A stretch of 63,402 nucleotides of DNA, the filler included, from Folioceros fuciformis (taxonomy: Eukaryota): assembly GCA_049999805.1 (NCBI GenBank). It is 5 parts of 5 records of this genome, joined end to end, with 100 filler letters (N's around TTAATTAATTAA, not from the genome) between each part and the next. Parts side by side here need not be neighbours in the genome. Positions count along the whole stretch, not along the records: positions 36,738 to 50,416 come from JBNGIO010004085.1; positions 50,517 to 61,550 come from JBNGIO010004088.1; 3 more parts are not named here. One strand, given 5' to 3'. Shown piece after piece: positions 50,072 to 61,650 of the stretch (position 1 is the stretch's first letter; each line of letters starts with the position of its first letter). The position numbers and the translations under genes are program-made. The notes beneath the pieces were generated by a model. That model had not been told where the DNA came from, searched no databases, and saw nothing but the letters and a program-made list of their open reading frames with translations.

Positions 50072-50416
50072 TGTGAACCTCCAAAGTTTGGGGTAGTAGT
50101 TTGTTTTGGTTGAAAAAGGGTTAATAGTGGTATGGTTTAGTTTTCTTTTCCAACTTATTTTCCCTAATTTTCCTTGATTTTCTGGTCATTTTTCCTATTT
50201 TTCTTTATGCTAATTGGGTTAATTGACAAGGAAATAGTTGGTTTGGTTATAAGAGTGGGTATAGGTTTGGTCCCAGACCTGGGAAGGTTTAGGTTCGGTA
50301 CCAGGCCATAGGGTTGGGTGATTAGTTTAATATTAATTAAAGATATAATATTAAATGATTAATAATAATATAATAATATTAAATAATAATAAAAATATAA
50401 TAATGGTTTGAACATA
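50072..50416 (-). mobile_element. 3' part of another copy of the same LTR, truncated by the scaffold end
   Basis: TGTGAACCTCCAAAGTTTGGGGTAG... direct repeat of 48661 onward. Confidence 0.85.
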
Positions 50417-50516
50417 NNNNNNNNNNNNNNNNNNNNNNNNNNNNNNNNNNNNNNNNNNNNTTAATTAATTAANNNNNNNNNNNNNNNNNNNNNNNNNNNN
50501 NNNNNNNNNNNNNNNN
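50417..50516. other. Artificial scaffold linker
   Basis: N44-TTAATTAATTAA-N44. Confidence 0.97.
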
Positions 50517-53500
50517 ATACCCGGCGCGGCTACTGGGCAAGGGGAGCTGGAGCCGGAGCTCGCTCGCTCGCCGTCTCGCCACAAACGCACTCGCAGGCAA
50601 CAACCCAGCGCAGCAGCAGCAGCACAAGTAGCACAGGAGAAGCAGCAGGAGCAAGAGAAGGAGCAGGAGCTGGAGCCGGAGCGAGAGAGACAAGGCAAAG
50701 TGCCACAGCCCAGCTGCTCACTCTCTCGCTTTCGCACGAGCCCACCAGGTCCAGGGAGGAGAGCGGGCAACGCGGGTGTGGGGGAGAGAGGTGGAGGACA
50801 GGCCAGTCCAGGCCAGGAGAGGCGAAGGCAAGCCAAGGCTAAGCCAGGCAAGCCTGCCCCTCTTTCTCCTTCCCTTCCTCCGCGTCGCCTCTTTTGAGCG
50901 AATTGTGGGTCGATGTGTCCTCGACTTTTTCAGCTTGGCGGGCCAAACGCGAAACCGGACCCAGAGCCAAACCCGCAGGCGACGACATTCCCCTCCGTTT
51001 TCACATTCCCGGTACCCGTCAAACATGCCACTCCCACTTTCCCACCCCCCTTCGCTTAGCCCTACAATCATCTAACCAACTTGCCCCTATTCTTTCCTTT
51101 CCTTCCGCCCCTCCTTTCCCACCTCTAGCTTTACATTCCTTCTCACACACGCAGCAGATATAGCTATGTACCTCCATATCAGCTACAAGGTAGCCAGCCC
51201 AAAGGAAGAAGACACATGTCCTACTCTCGACAATCAGCCGTAGCAGTATCATAGGTTTGTCAGAGCTTTGTCATCCGGGATTTGTCATCGGAGCTTTGTC
51301 ATCGTCACACACACACACGTCCATAACCGACGGAAGGGACTGACAACCATCTCGTGGCCACTTCCACAAGAGTTGCAAGACTCGCTCCACTTGTCCTGGT
51401 ACCGCTTTGGTGGAGGTGGTTCAGCAATAGACAGATAAGATGGATAGGATAAGGTCACCCTTTCGTACATCTTGTCTCCAAGTAGGAAAGATAGCAGACC
51501 ATCTCTCCCACCCAACCATATCTGATTAGGTTAGGTATGCCCTACCTCCCTTCCTTTCTTCTTTCATGATGCAGGGTTGTAAGCCACTACAGCGGCTAGG
51601 GATTGGTCATCATTCTCCAATTAGCATTTGGGGAAAGATTAAAACTTGCCACTCAATGCAACCACACATGTACAACCTCTACCCTAGCAAGGAAAGGAAA
51701 GGAAAGAAAAGATCCGATGCTCTGGCACCAATCTGACACTAGATGGTAGGTGGGTTGTTGCAGAGAGTTGGACTGACTCCTCATTGTCTTGGGTCCCTCC
51801 AATGCTCCTCACTGTCCTGGGTCCCTCCAATGCACGATTGCTTTAACATATTGTTGGAGTGCACGATAGGGTAGGGTCCCGGTCCCTTGCAGAGTGGATG
51901 CATCCGATCCACCTTTGCTTTCAAGCTGTTGGTTGTACAATGCAGTGCACAATAATTTGTGGTTGTTGCTGACAAGATGCTTCCACTTTGTCCCATGACC
52001 TTGTTGTCATGTCGTTACCAACAAGCAACCTTGGGTGGTTCACCATGCTCTCATGTCAGAATTAGCTAGCTACGTGCGTGTGGGGTGTCATATTAACTGT
52101 CTGACACATGTAAGTTGTGAGAGAGAGAATCATTGTTTCGTTACCTGTCTTGAAATTTTGCATTTATCTTGGCACCTTCTTCCAAACAAATCCATCCTCC
52201 TTGTCCAAAGGACATGGATCTCCTATCTGGAGAACATGGGCGCATCATTGTTGCCCTTCTTTGCCATAGCAAAAATCGCTTTAGAAGGTGCCATTTCAAA
52301 CTCACAAGCTCTTCAATGGAGGCAAGTAAAATTGTTGGTGTGACAAGGACCACTAATCCCTAGAGCTCCCTTGTCCGAATGTTATGCTTTAAAATAAATA
52401 GCTGAAATTAATATAAAATTTTAATATTTGGTTATCTTGGACTTCAAAGACGTACCGCATCGTACATACATCCATCCTCTCGGAGTCAATCCCGAGAAGT
52501 TGACGATTATACAGGCATTATTTTGGATAGTGAGAATGGGGAAGGGATGGGTGCATGGGAGAGCTATTTGTCACGTATGATGCAAGCAATTGTGACCCTA
52601 AAAGCAAAATCTTCTGGATGGGTCAGAATAACGACTTGGGTCTTTGCAACGATTCCCAAGGAAAAGCCATTTTTTCATCTGTTTGGACTTGGCAGTGTAA
52701 GTACATCGGCAACGCTGAACGATTTATCTCCTGCAGGCTGGAATCGGCCGAATATTCGAATTTGAAGAGTGGCAGCAGATCCGGGGAACCCCGACCCCGG
52801 CACGGCGAGCGGTAAAAGACCGTGTCCCGCTCCAGTCACAGCTTGCTCAAGAGCTATAATAAGCACAGTACATGCCCTCCTCATCCAAAGATCGTACCTG
52901 GCTACCTTGAGAGATGCGGTAATTTGCGAAATGGTAGTCAAGCCGTAGCGACAGAGTAACGTTGAAGATGGAGAGCAAGACTGACGACTCCATCCCACCT
53001 GGCCTAACGCTCGATCCCTGTAATGCCGATGCTTGCCGTGCTGACTTAGCTTGTTGTGACATTTGCTCGGTTTCATCTCGAGCCAGTGGGATCTGGGGGG
53101 GGGTGGGCCGCCCGTCCCGCCCCCGGGGGCCTTTCACCCGCCCAACGTTAATTTCCAGGGATTGGCTAACTTCCCAGAATTGCAGCAGGATTAATCACAG
53201 CTTGGGAGGGCTGCCTGAGTACGGCCTAGCTCATCAATCGCAACCCACCCAGTTACCAGAACAGGAGGGCAGCCTGGCACAGCAATAAGATCAGATCCAA
53301 CTCGTGCGGAACCGTGTTCCTTCCCACCAGCAGCCCTCATTCTTCCATGTGGATTCCCTTGTGACGGTGTCATTCCGTTCATATATGGTTACTAGGCCAG
53401 CGCCTGTATCTTCGTTGCTCTATCTTCGTTTCAAGCCTTCCGGATATTGGGGTTGATTGGGAGGTTCCATCCTACACAGCGGACTCCAAGGATGCTGTGC

Positions 53501-53935
53501 TTGACCTGGCATCCACACGCTGAAATCGCGACATTCAGAAATGACATCCCTTCCTTCAGCAGGAAATTGTTGCCCAGGTCAACAGGCTGGAGAGACACAT
53601 GATAGGTCAAAGAAGCCCCGACAGGGCATCAAACCATTTGCCAACAGGTTCACTAAACTTGCGTCAAACGAAAATGTGCTACGTACAAGACGTGAACATT
53701 GGCAATGCTGAGAAAGCAGCAGCAGATGAGGATCCGTACCAGCCACTATTGTCTACCATGAACCATGCTCAACAGGGGCAGTTGTCTGAGCAAGCTGCAC
53801 GCCTGCCAGAAATCCTCCTCAGCGAAAGAGTTTCGAAAGTGCGCCATGGAAGGAAGGATCGTCGGGGAAAACTAGTCAGAACAAGGATAAACCAAACTCA
53901 GTTGTCACATGTGTCTGTCTGACTCCGGAAACCTC

Positions 53936-55362
53936 TCACGGATGTTCGGCAACCAAAGACACATATTCTGCTGTGATGCGACCCTTGAGCTTTGTGTTGA
54001 TGATGAACCGCTGTGGGTATCTCTTCAGCAAAGCTAGAAGGCCAGCCCAGGGCTTTAACTTGACCTCACTATCAGCATTGTTCCCAGCCTCTGGTGGCAG
54101 ATGTCGTTGAAGTACTGCAGGTGTGCATATATGAGAACAATGCTCAGTAAGCTGCAGCAGGACGAAGACAAAAAGCTGTCTTAGAAAGAAGGGGCGTCAA
54201 GACACGACTCACAATCTGCCTAGACATGGCCTACAACCTTTCACACCTGTTGTTAACCTAGTGAACAAACAAATCTCTAGTGCATCACATAACTCAATCA
54301 AGGTCCTGCCCAAAAGACCACAATTACAACTAGGCCTACGATGTTTCTCATAACTAACTGAGGTTTGACTCATCTGCGGTCACATGACCGAGCAGAGCAT
54401 GCTTCGAAAGCAGCAGCTGGCTAATCTAACAATTCATAATCTCATCCACACTGTCCAAGGTGCACCACGCAGTCCCCCACAAGGGAGTGGACAGCACACG
54501 TACCATCTCCACAGCTCTATGACGGGAACAACAACGTACCTCCGAGTATAATTTTGCCAATGGCATCCACTCCCCAGGGTTAGTGTGCTCTGCCAATGCC
54601 GTTGAGGCTGCTGACAGAACATCTCTGTCCTCAAGTTGCACGGCTGCGCTATCGGATTCAGAATCGGCCCGTCTTCTAGGCTCTGCCGCCATTGATCAAA
54701 GATCACAGCCATGAAGAACGGACACACATCATCAAAGCCACTCTCTAGACCTATGGTGTTGTCGGTGATTGCTGACCAGTAATAGAAGAAGGACCGTGTG
54801 CGGAGCTACTCCCGGCTGCTTCTCCAGCATGAGGAACCACGCCTGGCTCCTTCCTCCCTCTACCACTGCTGCCCTCGCCCTTGGGCTGACTCCTCCTCTT
54901 CGGAGGTGGCGGTTGAGAAGTACCATCCTCCAACGAGGCCTTGGACGTCCTCCCCGCACTGGCAGGCCTCTTCCTGGACGACCCGGCCGCACCCGCAGAC
55001 GCGGCCCTGGAAGACTTCTTGCTCACCACCGGCAACAGGAAGTAGAACTTCTTATCCCCGATTTGCAGCAATTCCTGCGAGTTCAGCTTCACGGGCTCCA
55101 GGCCCGGCTGAATATGATTTCCATCCACATAGCACCCGTTCTTTCCAAGAACTTCCAGCACAAACCCCTTCCGATCAAAGTCATAGAAGATCTTAGCGTG
55201 CTGCCGAGAAATGTTCATCCCACCTCCCCGACCTAGCGCCAAATCCACATCCACGTACGACTTCTTGCTGTTTCTCCCAAGAATGATGGAATACGATTGC
55301 ATGTAGTACTCGAAATCTTCCCCCTGCAGCTTTGCAAACCCGAGCTCCAATTTGTCCGCCAT
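53936..55362 (-). CDS. FHA-domain transcriptional regulator (plant FHA1/FHA2-like), 3 exons
   Basis: GFAKLQGEDFEYYMQSYSIILGRNSKKS.VDVDL...GGGMNISRQHAKIFYDF. Exon 2 (~54540-54682) has PGEWMPLAKLYSE. Exon 3 (53936-54151) has KPWAGLLALLKRYPQRFIINTKLKGRITAEYVSLV. Confidence 0.92.
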
Positions 55363-55510
55363 CTCGCTCTGCCCGCTCTTCCGCTCAACTCGTCTAGGGC
55401 AAACGCAAAACAAGTTTTCATAAACAATGTCAGACCACGGCTCCCTTCAGTTCATATGGTCCATACTCCGGTCTTTCCAAGACCTACGTTTTTCGGTTTG
55501 TGTGCCTGCC

Positions 55511-56253
55511 AGCTTTCTTTCGGTTCCAGTCAGTCCCGTGCTGCTCTAATGCCTCGTGTTAGGAGGCCATCACGCTCCGTTTTCGTTGCCTCCTTCTTGG
55601 CCTGCTTCCTACGCTCGGGGGATGGATGCCTGTGCTGCGTTGCTGCGTGCTCGGGGTACTTCTTATCCGTGCTTTCCTTTAGACAAGAGTTGTCCTCGAG
55701 GAGGACGTCTGTTTCTGCAACTGGTCTTCCGTTTCATGTTTCGAGCCTTTTAAAGTAGATACACTTTCCTTGACATGCGATGTTGGTATACAGCATTCAC
55801 TCCCCGCACTGCAGACGTAGTGTTGGCTTCAGGTGGTAAGGCTTCTAGGCTTCGCGACTTCGCTCGGGAAGAGAATGCACTCTTGATGAAGACAGGCAAG
55901 ACAGCCGTTGTGCGGATGAATTCCATATTCTTGATTCAATTGGGACAGAAAGGAAAAGGCTCCTAAGCTAAGCTTTCTTTCGGTTCCAGTCAGTCCCGTT
56001 CTGCTGTGATGCCTCGTGTTAGGAGGCCATCACGCTCCGCCTTCGTTGCCTCCTTCTTGGCCTGCTTCCTACGCTCGGGGGATGGATGNNNNNNNNNNCT
56101 ACGCTCGGGGGATGGATGCCTGTGCTGCGTTGCTGCGTGCTCGGGAAGAGAATGCACTCTTGATGAAGACCGGCAAGACAGCCGTTGTGCGGATGAATTC
56201 CATATTCTTGATCCAATTGGGACAGAAAGGAAAAGGCTCCTAAGCTAAGCTTT
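55511..56253. repeat. Near-identical tandem duplication (A-insert-B-A-B)
   Basis: 55511-55655 matches ~55971-56145 and 55862-55976 matches ~56139-56253. The second copy contains a 10-N gap. Confidence 0.85.
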
Positions 56254-56572
56254 TCCAGTTTATGATGATGGTGGAGGTTTCAGGATGTTAGGTATTGTAT
56301 TTGTTAAATTTCTGATCACTCATTTATATTTGTTTAGAAATATAATAATTACTGAAAATTTAGTGGAAACCCGGTGGCTCTGGTGTATCTAGGGGCTGTG
56401 GCGGGCATTCTTGTCCATGAGTCTGGTCGCCTTGACTCCGCGCTGGCTGCTGTGTAGGACACCGGTTTTTTTTTCAAGTAGAATTGGTAGTTAGGCGAAA
56501 TAGGAGGCCTTAACAACGTGGCAGGCTCGGAGAGAACTAAATTAAAGATGGAAACAAGGGGGCACCGTGGAG

Positions 56573-56581
56573 TATATATAG
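56573..56581 (+). promoter_or_regulatory. Candidate TATA box of the SBH transcript
   Basis: TATATATAG about 245 bp upstream of the uORF ATG and about 510 bp upstream of the main ATG. Confidence 0.5.
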
Positions 56582-56819
56582 AGTGAAGGCTAACCCCGCG
56601 GGTTAAGTCAGTGGAGAGGGAAGCTTCGTTGGCCGGTGAGAAAGGCCTCGTGTTGCTCTGGCCCTCGGCCAAGTCGTCCAAAGCTGACCCGCAGGCCAAG
56701 ATAGGGTTTGAGGTGGTGACGTGAGTTTCACTCACCGCAAGTTTAAATCGAGCGAGGTGGAGCTTGGAGAGCAAGGGAATTGGGTGGAAACCCTGTGTCA
56801 ACATTTTAGACGAAAGCAA

Positions 56820-56915
56820 ATGGCATACTGGGACAGCGACGAGATGATGAAAACCTGCTTTCCCTGTCTGTTGTTGTGGATTTATGCTGGCATGTTGAGA
56901 CCCGCGGTGTTGTGA
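56820..56915 (+). CDS. 31-aa upstream ORF similar to the SBH N-terminus
   Basis: AAAATGG context. MAYWDSDEMMKTCFPCLLLWIYAGMLRPAVL* aligns with the main ORF start MAF-LNDELLGIFSPIVVYWLYAGM. Confidence 0.6.
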   Translation: MAYWDSDEMMKTCFPCLLLWIYAGMLRPAVL

Positions 56916-57087
56916 GCAATTGGCAGCAGCAGGGACAGAGCAGCAGCAGTAGGAGCAGAGACACTGGTGCAGCACAGCTTGCAACAGGAGGAATACCAGC
57001 ACTGGCTTTAGGAGCAGCAGGACAAGCAGAGGCAGCAAGAGCAGGAGGGGTAGGCTGCAACAGCAGCTGCTTGTGACTGGGAGTGTC

Positions 57088-57938
57088 ATGGCGTTCTTGA
57101 ACGATGAGCTCCTTGGCATCTTTTCTCCCATCGTGGTGTACTGGCTGTACGCGGGGATGTACCACTTGCTGCCGCGTTTGGATCAGTATCGGATTCACAC
57201 GCGCAAGGACGAGGAAGCGCGCAACAAGGTGAGCCTGGGGGAGGTGGTGAGAGGCGTGCTGCTCCAACAGGCCATCCAGGCGACAGTGGCCGCGATTGTG
57301 TTTCAGGTATGATCCGGGACGCCTTCTCCGTTGCGGTGTCTTGCAGCCGGGTGAAGGCGATGCTGCCGGGCCGGCGTTGACAAGTGTGGTGATGTAATTG
57401 GCAGGTCGGGGGAACCGCAGGGACGAAGGTGCAGCCTCCTGTGATGATCCAGGTGGCGCAGATCTTCGCGGCTATGGTGGTGATGGATGCATGGCAGTAC
57501 TTCGTGCACAGGTTCATGCATCACAACCAGTTCCTCTATCGGCATGTGCACTCGTTGCACCATAAATTAGTCGTGCCCTATGCAATTGGGGCTCTGTATA
57601 ATCACCCGGTGGAGGCTCTGATGCTTGATACCTTGGGAGGGACTATTTCGTTCCTCATGTCAGGGATGACACCGCGGACTGCTATTTGGTTCTTCTGTTT
57701 TGCGACGATCAAAACGGTGGACGATCATTGTGGCCTTATGCTGCCTTTCAACCCCTTTCACTTCTTCTTCCAGAACAACACGGCGTACCATGATGTACAT
57801 CACCAGACTCAGGGCATCAAGTACAATTTTTCGCAGCCGTTCTTCGTGTCGTGGGACAAGCTGTTCGGGACTTACATGCCCTTCACTTTGGTGCGATCGG
57901 CTGATGGAAGCTTGCAGGCAAAGTTGGTGAAGAACTGA
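57088..57938 (+). CDS. SBH: Sphinganine C4-monooxygenase (sphingoid base hydroxylase, SBH/SUR2 family); intron 57307-57404
   Basis: DAWQYFVHRFMH, HVHSLHHKLVVPYAIGALYNHPVE, KTVDDHCG and YHDVHHQ histidine boxes, KYNFSQPFFVSWDK. Confidence 0.96.
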
Positions 57939-59800
57939 CAAGGTCCAGAAACCACGCTGGGCTGATATGGCTCAAGAACAGGCATGCACCCGGCTGTCTC
58001 CGGTGGTGCAACAGGGCTTGACATCTGTACAATTTGTGGTCGTAGGAAGCGCACAACCGCCCTTCTCTTACCTACTGCTCTGGATGGTTATGTATGTTAT
58101 TTGAGATCTTCGAAGAGCCGGCCACTCTCAGCTTGTTCCCAGGTAAGGATGCTTGTGCAGCAGAGGAGGCCGAGCTTGTGCTTCTGTCTTTGTCTCTGCT
58201 CATCAGCTGTCAGAGCTGCTTGAGCAGGGAGAGTGGCACATGCACGTTTGTGTATGGAAACAGACGATGAGTTCCTTACTAGTGATCTTTGACTGGGATT
58301 CCTGTATAAAGGAACTTGATTTATTCAATTCTGAATGCTTTGTTTGCAAAGCAAGAGTCCTATTCCTCTTTTCTGTTCGCATCTGAGTGTGTGTGAAATT
58401 CACTGAAAGCGAATGAGGTCCGCACCAGTCATCTGTGACTGGATGGACACACAATGCCAGTGAATCTTCTCGGATTCTTGCACACCAATGACTCTCTCAC
58501 AGATGCGCTTGTGTTGATTCTTCTATAAAGGGAATCTTCACAGCTATGGACTTCCAAATTTTGTAAATTAAAGAACTCGATTAATTTTACTCGGACGCGA
58601 ATTGATTTCGCAAAGGTTTGTTATCATCTCTAAATAGCAGAACATTTATGGCTGAATATAAAATTAAAACTCCTACTCTTAAAACGAATATACAGGTTTT
58701 CTCATTAAAAAGAGAGGGAAATTCACCGAAAGGATTATGCCTTTCTAAATTGAGGGGGGGACTAGCCCCGTGATAATGAAGCTAGCATGCTAAATCCTCC
58801 GTCAAAGCATTGTCCATGTATTTCGGCGTGTTGTTGGATTTTGTTAACCCTTGGAGGCTGAGTTTAGGAGATGTTGGCAAGTTTTGTTATGAAAGACGGT
58901 CAGGGATCCTCGAGGTTGAGATAACCGCATTTTGTAGTCTCAATCACTTCTGAACTTGCTAAAAACGAAGAGTGGGCTCGCAATCCTATTGGCTTGTTAG
59001 AGGAAGCGGAATGAGATGCCCTTCAGATATGAAAGGTGGTCACAAAAAGTGAAGCAAGGAGTCTCCTGTGTTGCTTGATTCCTGTTATTTCGTGTACTGG
59101 TGGGTAGAGTTGGGCCGGGGCCCGGTGTCTGTCCCAGGCCCTTGTCCTCGGGAGCTAAAGATCATTTCTATCCATAAAGTGTTGTCTATGTTCTTCTTTA
59201 AAAAAAACAGAATGAAGAAGACGTAAAGGAGCCGGATGCACAAAGCGTAGACTTTACAGCAGTGCAGCAACTTCTTCTTTATTCCCACCTGACCAGGTCT
59301 CCAAATCACCAGCCCTCCTGAAGAAGTAATATCCTGGGACCCCACCTGACAACAGATCGAAGCACAGGATGCTAAAGCCCGAAGTTCCTCTTGGACACAT
59401 ATTTGCAACAACTTCGGGCTAGGCCTTCGAGGACACCCTCCCGTCCTCCAAGGGACTGGAATGTCGGCCCCTGTTTTGCTGCTCGTTACCCGGGTGCCGA
59501 GCTCTCTCTTGGTATTGTCCTGTACACTTCTAGGACTTTCTACTCTTCCTCAGGGTGAGCCTGGCCAGAGCTTGGACCACTGCTGGCCAGACACCGTCAT
59601 TCACATCTCTGGTATGGACCAGTCCACGACCACCTGAAAAAAAACTCCAAATGGCAAGCAGCAGAGGGATCACCTTGCTTTCATGAATGGAGTTTAAGGG
59701 ATGATGCCGTGCAGGTACATCCCTGGCAGCTGATTCGAAGCCTCTTTTGTGTTGTGCATGATTTCAACCATGCAAAACACAAAAGTGCAGAATACTGAGA

Positions 59801-59862
59801 TTGTTTGCACAACCCCGATGGAAGGTTTCCAGCTTGTTTACACAACCCAGTGGAAGGTTTCC
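59801..59862. repeat. Imperfect 33-bp tandem repeat
   Basis: TTGTTT(G/A)CACAACCC..TGGAAGGTTTCCA occurs twice. Confidence 0.7.
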
Positions 59863-60087
59863 ATAGCTGGGAAACATATTGGGGGATGTCGATGAAACGG
59901 CAGAAGAGATCACAAGGTCTACAACAACCTGAACACAAACCAAAAACTTCACTTCAGTACGCTTGGTACCTAACCATCTCAAACACACTTGTGACACAAA
60001 TCGTTAACAGAAGACATGTATAAGATGACTTCACGTCTGCAACCCGAAGATTCCAGTAAACCCTTCAAACTGGGCAGGTCATTCACC

Positions 60088-60129
60088 AGAGGAGAGGAGA
60101 GGAGAGGAGAGAGGAGAGGAGGAGAGGAG
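60088..60129. repeat. (GGAGA)n microsatellite
   Basis: Direct reading of the sequence. Confidence 0.85.
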
Positions 60130-61550
60130 CAGAGCTGTTCTTCTTCTTTCAAGGTTTGAAAACACTGACTTGTCTGCTAACTCTAGAAGACCACCTTCCA
60201 GTGGCAAGAGCCTGGTCCCTTCATTTTGAAGATCCTGCAAAGGTCCTCCGAACACTACTTTCAGAGCCGAATCCTAAAATGTATCCACAGACATACAAAA
60301 CGTGAGTTTTTGATAAAAGTGACCGAAACCACGGTCGCATCCTGCTCAAACTGACCTCAATAATATGAGAAACCTGCCTCATAACATATCAAGCTAACAG
60401 ACGAAGGCCGGCAGCAATCTCTCACCTATGCCAACTTGCTCCATCTCCCGTTGTATTGTCCGGTCTCGCAAGGTACTCCGTCTCCAAAATTTACCCACAA
60501 CCATCCAAGAAAGCGTCCAGCCTCAACAAACGCCATGATTATTCTAAGTTCTAGAACCACTGCACAGAAAAGCAGGAAAAATTGTTCCCCACCAAGCAGC
60601 AGGAATGTTCACCGGCAGATCGAGCACTAGCCCCACTTCGCCTGCTCCCCATCCACTTCCGAAGAGGAAATTCCTAGAAAGCGCAGCTGTGGGGTTTACA
60701 ATTTCAAACAGCCATGACAAGATCTTGAGTCGTCTCGAACGACTCGGTCAGCAAGTGCCGAGCAGCAGCAACAGAGCCCACCGCCAGCCCGCTTACAAAA
60801 ATACAGTAGTCGGCCATTCGTGTGCCTCACAAGGGATATGGATCGGCGGACATCGATGCCTGCTTATTCAAGATTTGAATCTCCCACTGTATTTTCTGGA
60901 CCTACAGCAAGAACAGTATAGTGTTTTCCGATTCGCGGTTTTTTGAGTTGACGAGCCGTGTGGTTGTGCCCGCCAGCCAGTCGCTATTCATTTACGGAGA
61001 TCATCGGGACTGCGACCATGGCGATGCTTGCCTGGAGTATGTCTAACTATATCCTTAAAGAGCGTTCTTAGTGAGTGCAATCTCGGATGTGTGACTGCAC
61101 AGATCTCCAATCGTTGCCCAAATTGGTCCACGAATTCGTACCACACCTGTCGCATATGGGGTTGATCACTGCTGCACCTCCACCAGTTTCGTCAACTCCA
61201 CCAGTTCCGAGTTATTTGGACTCAGACGCCTGGCGGGACTGGCATACCAATGTTCTTATGCCTCTGGCGGTGCCAAATCATGGATTCCAACACAGGGAAA
61301 ACATTGTGGTGGCGCATCCGGATTCAGATCCGGTTTCTCAGGGAACCCCGCTTAACTACGAGTGAGCTCTTCCCGTGTAGCTGGCGGTGGACTGATTTCT
61401 GCAGCTGCATGACATTGTGCTGTTCAAAAGCTCTAAACTATATGCCGTGTGTTGCAGGCACCTGGTCGCGAATGCGTTCCAATGCCACCGGGGGGATTTC
61501 GTACAAGGGACGCTGCTTGTGGAGCCTTGCTATTTGACATCCATATTCAG

Positions 61551-61650
61551 NNNNNNNNNNNNNNNNNNNNNNNNNNNNNNNNNNNNNNNNNNNNTTAATT
61601 AATTAANNNNNNNNNNNNNNNNNNNNNNNNNNNNNNNNNNNNNNNNNNNN
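61551..61650. other. Artificial scaffold linker
   Basis: N44-TTAATTAATTAA-N44. Confidence 0.97.

Noticed and set aside
50517-53900. GC-rich ORFs, short tandem repeats and a G-rich tract near 53095
   Set aside because: Looks like a UTR/promoter of a gene cut by the scaffold edge plus intergenic DNA; no supportable product.
56262-56316. ATGATGA...CTGA as a C/D box snoRNA
   Set aside because: Too short (~55 nt), with no convincing terminal stem or recognisable rRNA-complementary guide.
56349-57267. 260-aa and 153-aa minus-strand ORFs
   Set aside because: Arise from the CAG-rich SBH leader and antisense coding sequence; low-complexity Leu/Cys runs.
58900-61550. Possible LINE or gene relics
   Set aside because: No diagnostic motif readable in any frame.
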